DNA from: Alteromonas naphthalenivorans
Lineage (GTDB): Bacteria > Babelota > Babeliae > Babelales > CAIQNR01
Reading direction: 5' to 3'
Assembly: GCA_047631715.1 (NCBI GenBank)
Contig: JBLICC010000025.1
Coordinates: 1-12,681, forward strand
Length of the DNA stretch: 12,681 nucleotides
A program made the position numbers and the translations under genes. A model generated the notes under the pieces. That model was not told where the DNA came from, made no database searches, and worked only from the letters and a program-made list of their open reading frames with translations. Below, in pieces: positions 1 to 8,194 of the stretch (positions are counted from its first letter, which is position 1; every line of letters starts with the position of its first letter).

Positions 1-1
1 T

Positions 2-220
2 TTAATTGGTGCTGCGTTTTTAAAAGGGTGTCATTCATTTTATTTTTTTCAATACAAAGCTCAATTATTGCATCCAATGTTCGGTTTAACTATTCTGATA
101 AGTAGTTTTCTTTCTTACTTTGCGCTCTGTTTAGTAGGCAATTTGGTAAAGCAAAAAAGAATGTATTTATTTGGGCCGATCGTAGTAGGGTTAGCATTAG
201 TGGCGGTTTTGTTCGGCTGA
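2..220 (+). CDS. uppP: 3' end (5'-truncated) of an integral membrane protein, probably undecaprenyl-diphosphate phosphatase UppP/BacA
   Basis: Frame 2 is open from the window start to TGA at 218-220 and reads LIGAAFLKG...FGLTILISSFLSYFALCLVGNLVKQKRMYLFGPIVVGLALVAVLFG. The two terminal TM helices joined by a basic loop resemble the BacA C-terminus. Only a fragment is visible, so the name is tentative. Confidence 0.55.
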   Translation, partial: LIGAAFLKGCHSFYFFQYKAQLLHPMFGLTILISSFLSYFALCLVGNLVKQKRMYLFGPIVVGLALVAVLFG

Positions 221-243
221 TTAAACTATAAAAAGGAGTGGTC

Positions 244-2538
244 ATGGCGCGTTATTCAAGTAAAAAAACACGATTAAGTTCTTATGTTGATGTAGAAAAA
301 GTCATAGCTGTCTTATGTGCTTTGGCGGCAGTGTTAGTTGCAGTTTCTCTCGGGTCTTTTAATCCACATGATGCTTCATGGTTTTATTACTCAAGCAAAG
401 GGGGAGAGGTTCAAAATGTTGCTGGTGCGCTAGGAGCAGAGGTGGCAGCACTTTGTTTTTATTTGTTGGGAACAGTCGCATATTTGTTAATTCCATTTTT
501 GATGTACACAGCTTATTACGCCTATTACTTTAAAACTATAGAAGGTGAGTGGGACAGGTTTGCTGCAAGCTGTGCATGCATTGTAACAGTTTCTGGTTTA
601 TTTCATTGGTATCATGCAGGGTCTAAGCCATACATGATTGCTGGTGGTTATGTGGGGCAAACAGTTGTACAAGTACTTGAGGGTTTTTTAGAAAAGCCAG
701 GTACGCTGGTCTTTTTATATATGTTTTTATTAATTGTTGTATTGGTGATCACACGTATTAGTTTTATTGCATTAATGCGTGGTATTAAAAAGAGCTTTGT
801 ATTGTTATATGATTATCGTCATATTTGGTTAGTGCCGATGTTGCGTCTTGTTCGCACTCTTACTTATGCCATTCAGGTGCCCATTGTGTGGACAGTAAAA
901 CAGTTGTGGGGAGCTCTTCGTGGCGCCGATGTACAAGAGGCAGAGGAATCGGTTTTTGCTTTTGAAAAAGGCGAAAATGGTCAATTAGAAGAGACAGATG
1001 GAGCATTTTGGAATGAGTATATTGAACGTCAATCGCATACAGGTATTATGCCTTATTCTAGTGCAACGGCACAGCCGATGAATGAAGAAACAGAAGGCAA
1101 AAGTGTTAAAAAAAGAGCGTCTGTGCAACCAAATCAAAGGAACACGCGTAAAAGTTATGCTGTGCCATCACCGGCTCTTTTTGCTCCATCGGATAAAGAA
1201 ACACAAGCGTCTCGTGGTGATGAAAATAAACAACTTGCTATAACGTTAGAAGAAAAATTAGAGCGCTTTGGAGTATATGGAAAAGTAGTTGCTATAAAGC
1301 CAGGTCCAGTTATTACATTGTTTGAATACCAACCAGACATCGATGCAAAAGTAAGTAAAATATTAGCCCTTGAGCACGACCTTGCTATGGCGCTTGAGGC
1401 GATGAGTGTGCGTATTGTTGCACCTATTCCGGGAACCAATAAAGTTGGTTTTGAAGTTGCTAATAAAGAACGCAAAAGTGTGCGCATGGGAGACATCATC
1501 AGGTCTGTTGCGTTTCAACGATGCAAAGCTGTTTTACCCTTAGTATTAGGGCAAGATACTTCGGGAGAAAATGTTATTGTAGATTTGATTGATATGCCAC
1601 ATTTGTTAGTTGCAGGGTCTACAGGATCGGGTAAATCGGTAGCGTTAAATGCCATGCTTGCAAGTTTGTTGTGCAAGTTACCGCCAGACGAATTGAAATT
1701 AATTATTATTGATCCTAAGCGATTAGAATTTGCCGCGATGCACGATATTGCTCATTTGCTTTTTCCAGTTATTACTGAGGCGCGCCGTGCTGCTCCGGTA
1801 GTTCGTTGGTTAGTCCGTGTGATGGAAGAACGGTATGAGTTAATGGCATCTCTTGGAGTACGAAGTATTTTTGATTATAAAAAAATGTGCAAGCAAAAGG
1901 GTCAAAAAGATGAGCTGCCTTTTATTGTTATGATTATCGACGAACTTGCAGATTTAATGATGGTTGCAGGAAAAGATATAGAAGATAGCATTGCACGTCT
2001 TGCGCAAATGGCACGAGCGGCAGGAATCCATTTGATTATAGCAACGCAGCGTCCATCGGTTGATGTATTAACTGGAGTTATTAAAGTTAACTTTCCAAGT
2101 AGGATGTCGTTTCGAGTAACATCAAAAATAGATTCACGAACCATTCTTGATACAGGTGGGGCAGAAAGCTTGCTCGGTAAAGGTGACATGCTCTTTATGA
2201 ATGCGCAAAGTTCACGCATGCGTCGTGTACATGGTGCTTATGTGAGTGATGCAGAAATTAATGCCATGGTGAATCACATTCGCGCTCAACAAAAGGTTGA
2301 GTATACCGATCTACAAGAAGCTGTTGCTGCCTATAAAACAGAAACAGAAGTGGCAGATGAACCGTTGTTGCCAGAAGTTCTTGAGTTTTTAAAAACGATT
2401 GACGACATTTCTATATCATCGTTACAGCGTCGGTTTAAGATTGGGTATAATCGTTCTGCCAGATTGATTGAATTACTTGAGGGTCAGGGCAAAATTATGC
2501 CGGCCAGTGGATCGAAAATGCGTAAAGTTATTCATTAA
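244..2538 (+). CDS. ftsK: DNA translocase FtsK/SpoIIIE
   Basis: N-terminal multi-TM domain, Walker A AGSTGSGKS, Walker B IIDELADLM, AQMARAAGIHLIIATQRPSVDV motif and gamma domain SISSLQRRFKIGYNRSARLIE. SD AGGAG (234-238) favours ATG 244 over GTG 238. Confidence 0.98.
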   Translation: MARYSSKKTRLSSYVDVEKVIAVLCALAAVLVAVSLGSFNPHDASWFYYSSKGGEVQNVAGALGAEVAALCFYLLGTVAYLLIPFLMYTAYYAYYFKTIEGEWDRFAASCACIVTVSGLFHWYHAGSKPYMIAGGYVGQTVVQVLEGFLEKPGTLVFLYMFLLIVVLVITRISFIALMRGIKKSFVLLYDYRHIWLVPMLRLVRTLTYAIQVPIVWTVKQLWGALRGADVQEAEESVFAFEKGENGQLEETDGAFWNEYIERQSHTGIMPYSSATAQPMNEETEGKSVKKRASVQPNQRNTRKSYAVPSPALFAPSDKETQASRGDENKQLAITLEEKLERFGVYGKVVAIKPGPVITLFEYQPDIDAKVSKILALEHDLAMALEAMSVRIVAPIPGTNKVGFEVANKERKSVRMGDIIRSVAFQRCKAVLPLVLGQDTSGENVIVDLIDMPHLLVAGSTGSGKSVALNAMLASLLCKLPPDELKLIIIDPKRLEFAAMHDIAHLLFPVITEARRAAPVVRWLVRVMEERYELMASLGVRSIFDYKKMCKQKGQKDELPFIVMIIDELADLMMVAGKDIEDSIARLAQMARAAGIHLIIATQRPSVDVLTGVIKVNFPSRMSFRVTSKIDSRTILDTGGAESLLGKGDMLFMNAQSSRMRRVHGAYVSDAEINAMVNHIRAQQKVEYTDLQEAVAAYKTETEVADEPLLPEVLEFLKTIDDISISSLQRRFKIGYNRSARLIELLEGQGKIMPASGSKMRKVIH

Positions 2539-2542
2539 GTAA

Positions 2543-2672
2543 TAAGGTGTCTCTCGATACTATTTCTACGAAATCACTCGAGATGAACAGATAAATTTTA
2601 ATAGTTACAAAAATAAAGTATAAAGTTCATCTCGAGTGGGTGCCAAAGGCAGTTGTATCGAGAGACACTTTA
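2543..2672. repeat. REP-like inverted doublet (REPIN-like element), cluster 1
   Basis: Perfect 14-bp inverted pairs GTGTCTCTCGATAC (2547-2560)/GTATCGAGAGACAC (2655-2668) and CACTCGAGATGAAC (2575-2588)/GTTCATCTCGAGTG (2625-2638). Each arm carries a small hairpin (ATTTC-TAC-GAAAT; TGCC-AAA-GGCA). AT-rich spacer 2589-2624. Confidence 0.9.
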
Positions 2673-2675
2673 ATT

Positions 2676-2703
2676 AAAAAAGGCCGGGATTAGCCGGCCT
2701 TTT
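2676..2703. terminator. Bidirectional intrinsic terminator between convergent ftsK and the 438-aa gene
   Basis: AAAAGGCCGG-GATTAG-CCGGCCTTTT: GC-rich stem with an A-tract before and a T-tract after. Confidence 0.85.
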
Positions 2704-2723
2704 AATTTGATTATCGAGTTATA

Positions 2724-4040
2724 TTAATCTACTAATTCTTCATCAAATTGGTTTGCAAATTCGCGTTGTAGACGTACAAGTCTATCACGTGAGTCTTTAA
2801 AATTAGGTATACTAATATTTAATGCAGTAACAAGAGCGGTTGCTTTATCACGTGCTTCTTGCGCTATTTTGTCTACAGTTACATTATTATAGATTCTGTA
2901 ACCGGTATAAAGAGTACCTAATGCAAGGCCAGCTTTAACAGAGTTAGCAATACCTAACGTTCTACAAGATGTTATTCCTGTTGCAAATAATGCGCCGAGT
3001 ACGGTTACGCTTTTTGCTTGTGTTGATAGTTTATCAAAGTCTTCTTGTGTATAAGTGTTTCCTCTGCGTTTGTTACCATCGCCAACTGAACCAGATAATA
3101 CTCTTTCTTGAGTGTCATTTGTTGCGTAAGTAAAGGTAAGCCGAGAGATTGTGTTTTTAACAGTTTCAAAAGTAGTTTCATCAAACGTTTGCTTATATTT
3201 TTTTCGTAAAGCATCTTTTTTTGCGATAATTACTTCTTGTGTTTTGCCTTTTAAAAGAAGAGTGTTGTTATCCATTTTAAAACTCACTGTAGGATTAAAG
3301 AAACGTGGAGGAAATGCATTTGAAAGAGTATGAGCTGCTAAAGTAACAGGTATAGTTACTATTGGGTAGTTCATACCATGCCAAGCAGCGGTTGTAATTG
3401 CTGCTCCAGAAAGAACGTTTGCAGAAGTAAGATAATAATCTTTATTGGTAATCGCTAATGTATAACCTTCAAAAGTATAATCAACATCTTCACTTTCACT
3501 ATTCTTTTCAAAGAAAGTTCTTTGTACAGGTAATTCACTTTTAAGTGTAAGGTATGGTGCAATTGCGTGATCCCAAAGATTTTGTGCAAAAAGTGCTTTT
3601 TCTAGTGTCACCGAAACATTAGATGCAATTGAATGCTCTAGTATTGGTGCTTCTTCTTGTTCTTTTGTACTTACTGAAATATCAAAAGAAATAGTCTTTT
3701 TACCGGTATCATTTTGTTTTAAATCAAATTCGTTATTGATGTGTTGTATGAAGCCGTCGCGATAGTCTTTACTTTTGATGTTGTTCCAATCTTTAGATGA
3801 AAAAGAAGCTTGTTTATCACCATTTATAGTAATAACCACTTCTGTAATATCTTTTGCTTCTACATCAACTGTTCCAATGTTTGCAGGGTTTGTTGCTTTA
3901 AGATTACGATAAGCATTAGCTGCATAAGCACCTGTAGCTCCCATGTAGGCAACATCAGAAATGCTTGCTGCTTGCAAGTTTGTTTTGCAGGTAGTACCAA
4001 TAAGTACCAAAGCTGCTAAGAATAAATTTGTACGTTTCAT
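2724..4040 (-). CDS. Hypothetical exported/membrane protein (438 aa)
   Basis: Long ORF with SD GGAGG upstream of ATG 4040, signal-peptide-like N-terminus (MKRTNLFLAALVLIG...LQA) and several Gly/Ala-rich hydrophobic segments. No recognisable family. Confidence 0.85.
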   Translation of the reverse strand: MKRTNLFLAALVLIGTTCKTNLQAASISDVAYMGATGAYAANAYRNLKATNPANIGTVDVEAKDITEVVITINGDKQASFSSKDWNNIKSKDYRDGFIQHINNEFDLKQNDTGKKTISFDISVSTKEQEEAPILEHSIASNVSVTLEKALFAQNLWDHAIAPYLTLKSELPVQRTFFEKNSESEDVDYTFEGYTLAITNKDYYLTSANVLSGAAITTAAWHGMNYPIVTIPVTLAAHTLSNAFPPRFFNPTVSFKMDNNTLLLKGKTQEVIIAKKDALRKKYKQTFDETTFETVKNTISRLTFTYATNDTQERVLSGSVGDGNKRRGNTYTQEDFDKLSTQAKSVTVLGALFATGITSCRTLGIANSVKAGLALGTLYTGYRIYNNVTVDKIAQEARDKATALVTALNISIPNFKDSRDRLVRLQREFANQFDEELVD

Positions 4041-4144
4041 AAATATAACCTCCGTATATACCCCATTATTATTAATAAATCCATTTCAATAAATTATATA
4101 ATAGAAAATATTAATTGTAAACAGGCCCCCTCTTTTTTCAGCTC

Positions 4145-4214
4145 TAAGCTTAAATATTCTTGACAAATGAGCAAAATAGAGACATGTTGTCGCTAAATAT
4201 AAATAAGCTTAAAT
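4145..4214 (+). promoter_or_regulatory. Candidate murF promoter region with two TAAGCTTAAAT repeats
   Basis: Perfect -35 TTGACA at 4160-4165 but only a weak -10 (CATGTT, 4183-4188). Identical 11-mers at 4145-4155 and 4204-4214. Confidence 0.35.
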
Positions 4215-4246
4215 GTAATCTATTTTACTTAAACGGAGAGAATTAC

Positions 4247-5656
4247 ATGCATCTTACTGAGGGTTTTTTAAAGGATGTTCTCCCTGAAGCGGTAGTTCTG
4301 CATGGTACACTTGATTGTAAGGTCACATTTTCGGTTGATTCTCGATCGATTATCAAGAACGAACTTTTTGTGCCAATACAGGGTGAAAAGGCTGATGGAC
4401 ATGCTTTTTTAGCAAATGCACTGCAAAAGGGGGCAGGAGCGCTTATAGCGAGGGACAAAAGATTTTTACTCGATGCTTTGCCAAAAGATTTATGGTTAAA
4501 CAGGCTTATTATTATTGTTAATAATCCGCTAGAAGCATTGTTTGCTTTAGCATCTGCTTGGAGGTCAAATTTTTTAGGTACTGTTATAGGTATTACAGGT
4601 TCTATTGGTAAAACTTCTACCAAGTATATGTTGGGTGCTATGTTTGCTCAATCTGGTAAGCATTGTTTTGTATCTCATGGTAATCAAAATACACTTATTG
4701 GTATTGCCCTTAATATGGTTCGTTTAACCGATCAGCATACAATTGCTATCTTTGAGATGGGCATTAATAAAACTTCTGAGATGAATAAATTAGCGCAATT
4801 ACTTAAGCCTGATTCTGCTCTTATTACTGGGGTAGGGCATAGTCATTTGCAAGGATTAGGAACATTGGCTCGGGTAGCATCAGAAAAACGAGCTATTTTT
4901 AGTTATTTTAATGAGTCTAGTATTGGTATTATTAACGGAGATCAGCCATCTTTGAGTTCGGTTGGTTATACGCATCCTGTTATTCGTTTTGGAACCAAAA
5001 CAACTAATCAAATACAAGCACGCAGAATTGTAATGAAAAATAATAAGCTTGAGTTCGTCTTAAAAATCTATCAAGAAAAATATAATGTAACACTCAATGT
5101 GCAGCATCGTGGAATGATAATAAATGCGCTTGCAGCAGCAGCGGTAGCACATCATTTTGGTGTAGATGGAGCAACTATTGTTACAGCACTTCAAGAATTA
5201 CCGGAACGTTCTCAACGTTTTGAGCGTTGTGCACTTAAGGGTTATAGAGGAATGCTTATTGATGATTGCTATAATGCTTCTCCAGAAAGTATGCGTGCCG
5301 CACTTTTAGCGCTTGAGGAATTCGAGACAACAGGAAAAAAAATAGCAGTGCTGGGAGATATGCTTGAACTGGGAGAAAATTCTGCATTTTGGCATCGGCA
5401 AGTAGGGCGATTCTTAAGAAAGGTATCGTCGCTTTCGCATCTTATTCTTGTTGGCTCTGAGGTACAGTGGATGGAGAAGGTTATTCCTGTAGGTATAGAG
5501 GTAGAAAAAGTTTCGAGTTGGCAAGAAGCTGTAGAACGGTTAAAATATACTTTAGAAAATGACGCTGTGGTCCTGGTTAAGGGGTCACGTGGCATGCAGT
5601 TACATAATGTAGTTGCAGCATTTACCGATAAAAAAAGTTCTATACCTTCAATTTAA
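4247..5656 (+). CDS. murF: UDP-N-acetylmuramoyl-tripeptide--D-Ala-D-Ala ligase
   Basis: DSR...LFVPIQGEKADGH, P-loop GITGSIGKTSTK, FEMG, IDDCYNASPESMRAAL, VLGDMLELG and VLVKGSRG are MurF motifs. SD GGAG (4235-4238) supports ATG 4247. Confidence 0.96.
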   Translation: MHLTEGFLKDVLPEAVVLHGTLDCKVTFSVDSRSIIKNELFVPIQGEKADGHAFLANALQKGAGALIARDKRFLLDALPKDLWLNRLIIIVNNPLEALFALASAWRSNFLGTVIGITGSIGKTSTKYMLGAMFAQSGKHCFVSHGNQNTLIGIALNMVRLTDQHTIAIFEMGINKTSEMNKLAQLLKPDSALITGVGHSHLQGLGTLARVASEKRAIFSYFNESSIGIINGDQPSLSSVGYTHPVIRFGTKTTNQIQARRIVMKNNKLEFVLKIYQEKYNVTLNVQHRGMIINALAAAAVAHHFGVDGATIVTALQELPERSQRFERCALKGYRGMLIDDCYNASPESMRAALLALEEFETTGKKIAVLGDMLELGENSAFWHRQVGRFLRKVSSLSHLILVGSEVQWMEKVIPVGIEVEKVSSWQEAVERLKYTLENDAVVLVKGSRGMQLHNVVAAFTDKKSSIPSI

Positions 5657-5669
5657 TTGCGATATTATT

Positions 5670-6551
5670 ATGATCTATCATGTTCCCGTTATGCTCAAAG
5701 AAACGCTTGAGATGCTTAATCTTAAGCCACATAAAACATACCTTGACGTTACCTTTGGTGGCGGCGGGCACACACGTGCCATTCTAGAATCAGATCCGAC
5801 TATAAAAGTAATTGGGCTTGATTGGGATAAAGAAGTTATCGAACGAGGCGAAGCTTTGCAAGATGAATTCCCCGATAGATTAACATTGATCTGGGGAAGT
5901 TTTTCGCATTTATATAAATTATTAAAAAAGCATAAAATTACGCAGGTTGATGGTATTCTTGCCGATTTTGGAACATCACAACATCAAATTCATACTAAAG
6001 ATGGTCTTTCGTTTGCTAACGATACACCACTTGATATGCGTATGTCTCAAGCCCATCATAAAACAAAAGCATACGATATTGTTAATTATGGAACAGCAGA
6101 AGAATTGCGCACAATTTTTTGGACGTATGGTGAAGAAAAAAATACAAAAGAAATTGTAAATGCTTTGACGGAAGAACGCCAAAAAAGAAAAATTAAAACA
6201 ACAGGGCAATTAGCAGCTATTATAAAAGGTGTTTCTCCACGTCGTGGACAAAAAATTCATCCAGCAACACGTGTGTTTCAGGCATTGCGTATTGTAGTTA
6301 ATAAAGAGCTCGATAACATTACAGCGTTTTTACCAGCAGCTCTCAAAGTGCTTTCTCCTGGAGGTCATCTGGTATGTATTAGTTTTCATTCTCTGGAAGA
6401 TAGAATAGTGAAAGAATATTGCAAAGAATCGCAAGGATTACTCAAAGGTGAAGTAGTTAAACCGTTTCCGGTAAAACCAACTGAGCAAGAAGTGCAAGAG
6501 AACCCTCCATCGCGATCTGCAAAGCTACGTGTATTTGAAAAAAAAGTATGA
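5670..6551 (+). CDS. rsmH: 16S rRNA m4C1402 methyltransferase RsmH (MraW)
   Basis: HVPVM, YLDVTFGGGGH, PLDMRM, HPATRVFQALRIVVN, ISFHSLEDRIVK and NPPSRSAKLR motifs. Start placed at ATG 5670 (MIYHVPV), 13 nt after the murF stop. Confidence 0.97.
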   Translation: MIYHVPVMLKETLEMLNLKPHKTYLDVTFGGGGHTRAILESDPTIKVIGLDWDKEVIERGEALQDEFPDRLTLIWGSFSHLYKLLKKHKITQVDGILADFGTSQHQIHTKDGLSFANDTPLDMRMSQAHHKTKAYDIVNYGTAEELRTIFWTYGEEKNTKEIVNALTEERQKRKIKTTGQLAAIIKGVSPRRGQKIHPATRVFQALRIVVNKELDNITAFLPAALKVLSPGGHLVCISFHSLEDRIVKEYCKESQGLLKGEVVKPFPVKPTEQEVQENPPSRSAKLRVFEKKV

Positions 6552-6560
6552 GTTTAAAGT

Positions 6561-6589
6561 TTGACAAATAAGCTGAGTGACATTACATT
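6561..6589 (+). promoter_or_regulatory. Sigma70-type promoter for spoVG/tRNA-Gln
   Basis: TTGACA (6561-6566), 17-nt spacer, TACATT (6584-6589). Confidence 0.7.
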
Positions 6590-6650
6590 AAGCACTAACA
6601 GATAGTTTTTGCCCTTGGTAATGGGGCGCTCTAGACTAAAGGTTCAAAAT

Positions 6651-6980
6651 ATGAATATAACAGAGGTCAAGATCTATCCGGCTAGAGAGAGAGGCACAAG
6701 GCTCAAAGCGTATGCAACTGTCGTATTTGACAATGCATTTATCGTAAGAGACTTAAAAGTTATTGAAGGAGAAAAGGGACTTTTTGTTTCTATGCCTTCA
6801 AGACGTAGAAAAGATGGTTCTTTCAGAGACATCGCACATCCGCTTAATGCAGAGATGCGTAAACATATCGAAGAACATGTTGTTGGTGAGTATGATACCG
6901 TTGAGAAATCAGGTGGTATTCCGGCTCAGGATGACGATGGATATGAGTCAGAATCAGTGCAGACAGAGGAACAAGGGTAG
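6651..6980 (+). CDS. spoVG: SpoVG nucleic-acid-binding protein
   Basis: MNITEVKI...LKAYATVVFDNAFIVRDLKVIEGEKGLFVSMPSRR.KDGSFRDIAHPLN is the SpoVG signature. AAAGG precedes ATG 6651. Acidic C-terminal tail. Confidence 0.96.
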   Translation: MNITEVKIYPARERGTRLKAYATVVFDNAFIVRDLKVIEGEKGLFVSMPSRRRKDGSFRDIAHPLNAEMRKHIEEHVVGEYDTVEKSGGIPAQDDDGYESESVQTEEQG

Positions 6981-6996
6981 TAATTAAAAATTACGT

Positions 6997-7071
6997 TGGG
7001 GCGTAGCCAAGTGGTAAGGCATCCGGTTTTGATCCGGACATTCGGAGGTTCGATCCCTTCCGCCCCAGCCA
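6997..7071 (+). tRNA. tRNA-Gln (anticodon TTG at 7029-7031)
   Basis: Acceptor stem TGGGGCG/CGCCCCA, D arm GCC-AAGTGGTAA-GGC, anticodon arm TCCGG-TTTTGAT-CCGGA, T arm GGAGG-TTCGATC-CCTTC, discriminator G and encoded CCA. 75 nt with a U1-A72 pair. Confidence 0.98.
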
Positions 7072-7108
7072 TTTTATTATCAAATAAGATGGTTATTAAA
7101 AAAAGATT

Positions 7109-7134
7109 AAAGCAGGCTTAGGTCTGCTTTTTTT
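7109..7134 (+). terminator. Intrinsic terminator after tRNA-Gln
   Basis: AAAGCAGGC-TTAG-GTCTGCTTT (one G-U pair) running into a 7-T tract. Confidence 0.8.
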
Positions 7135-7148
7135 ATTAGGAAAAATTT

Positions 7149-7754
7149 ATGAATACATTATTGCTTGGTTCAACATCGCGTCCACGACAAATTTTGTTAG
7201 AAGATGCATTAATACCGTTTGTAGTTGTTGGGCACGATGCTAATGAAGACGACATTAAGCACACAACAATAGAAGAAACAGTTCTTAATATTGCACGTTT
7301 AAAAATGAACAATGTTTTTATGCCTGCGGATAGAAAAGAGGGCGATGCAATATTTGTTCTTACAGCTGATTCTATGGGGTGTACTCTGGATGGTGTTATT
7401 CATGGTAAGCCAAAAGATCGTGACGATGCAGTTTCAAAAATAAAAGCATTAAGTGGAGAGTCCACTACATACACAGGTTTTTGTATAGAAAAGAGAGTTA
7501 TCAAAAATGGTGTATGGGCTACAGAAGATAAACGTGAGGGCATTGTAGGCGCTCGCTGTAAGTTTAAAGTTCCTGATGTATGGCTTGATCGTTATTTAGA
7601 AAATTCATGGGCGCTTAAAGCAGCTGGTGCAATTGCGGTTGAATTATATGGAGCACAGTTTCTACAATGGGTTGAAGGGTCTTCTACTGCTGTTATGGGC
7701 CTGCCAATGTTCGAGGTTCGACAAGCCCTAGAAGAAGTTGGTTTCTTTAATTAA
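7149..7754 (+). CDS. maf: Maf-family nucleoside triphosphate pyrophosphatase
   Basis: LLLGSTS..R, A.LK, LTADS, HGKP, LSG, AGA and EGS..AVMGLP motifs. 201 aa. AGGA upstream. Confidence 0.92.
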   Translation: MNTLLLGSTSRPRQILLEDALIPFVVVGHDANEDDIKHTTIEETVLNIARLKMNNVFMPADRKEGDAIFVLTADSMGCTLDGVIHGKPKDRDDAVSKIKALSGESTTYTGFCIEKRVIKNGVWATEDKREGIVGARCKFKVPDVWLDRYLENSWALKAAGAIAVELYGAQFLQWVEGSSTAVMGLPMFEVRQALEEVGFFN

Positions 7755-8194
7755 TGCGTAATTGTTTTCTTAGTAGGCTTCCAGCATTTAAGCAGTTCCT
7801 GAAACAAGATATCTTGCGGATTTTCTTCGGGATTACTTTCTAATTTAAATGTCGCTTTTTCTACACTAAAATCAACCGTTGCTTTATCGCATTCTTTACT
7901 GTCGATATTGTCGATTGCAGGCATGAGCTTTTTTTCTAAGATGCGTTGCATATTCTGTTCGCTAATCGATTCGTGTAAAAGACCTTCCATCAATGCCAAA
8001 AAGTCGACAATGCTATACTGTATATCGTCGGTATTTTTGAGATCAGAATTGACTGCTTCTTGTAGGTCATGCTTAAGACCATTGTGAAGTGCCTGGCCAA
8101 TAAGTTTTTTGAGACCGTCAGATTCGTTTTCTAAGAGCCATTGTATGAGGTATAAGAGTTCGTAAGAAACAGTGAGTTGATTGTCGTTTACCAT
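7751..8194 (-). CDS. Hypothetical protein (147 aa, acidic, helical)
   Basis: SD AAGGAG upstream of ATG 8194. Its stop overlaps the maf stop in TTAA (7751-7754). No recognisable family. Confidence 0.85.
   Translation of the reverse strand: MVNDNQLTVSYELLYLIQWLLENESDGLKKLIGQALHNGLKHDLQEAVNSDLKNTDDIQYSIVDFLALMEGLLHESISEQNMQRILEKKLMPAIDNIDSKECDKATVDFSVEKATFKLESNPEENPQDILFQELLKCWKPTKKTITH

Noticed and set aside
4160..4246. N-terminal extensions given by the ORF track for murF (also rsmH, spoVG and hspR)
   Set aside because: Family homology begins at downstream ATGs, most of which have SD motifs. The murF TTG start is the -35 hexamer TTGACA.
1155..6987. Antisense or alternate-frame ORFs inside ftsK, the 438-aa gene, murF, rsmH and spoVG
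   Set aside because: Shadow ORFs within well-supported genes, with no motifs or RBS support.
6997..7148. Prophage or island integration at tRNA-Gln
   Set aside because: No integrase and no duplicated tRNA 3' end in the window; a terminator and maf follow directly.
7751..7754. Convergent stop codons sharing TTAA
   Set aside because: A common compact arrangement in AT-rich genomes; on its own it is not evidence of antisense regulation.
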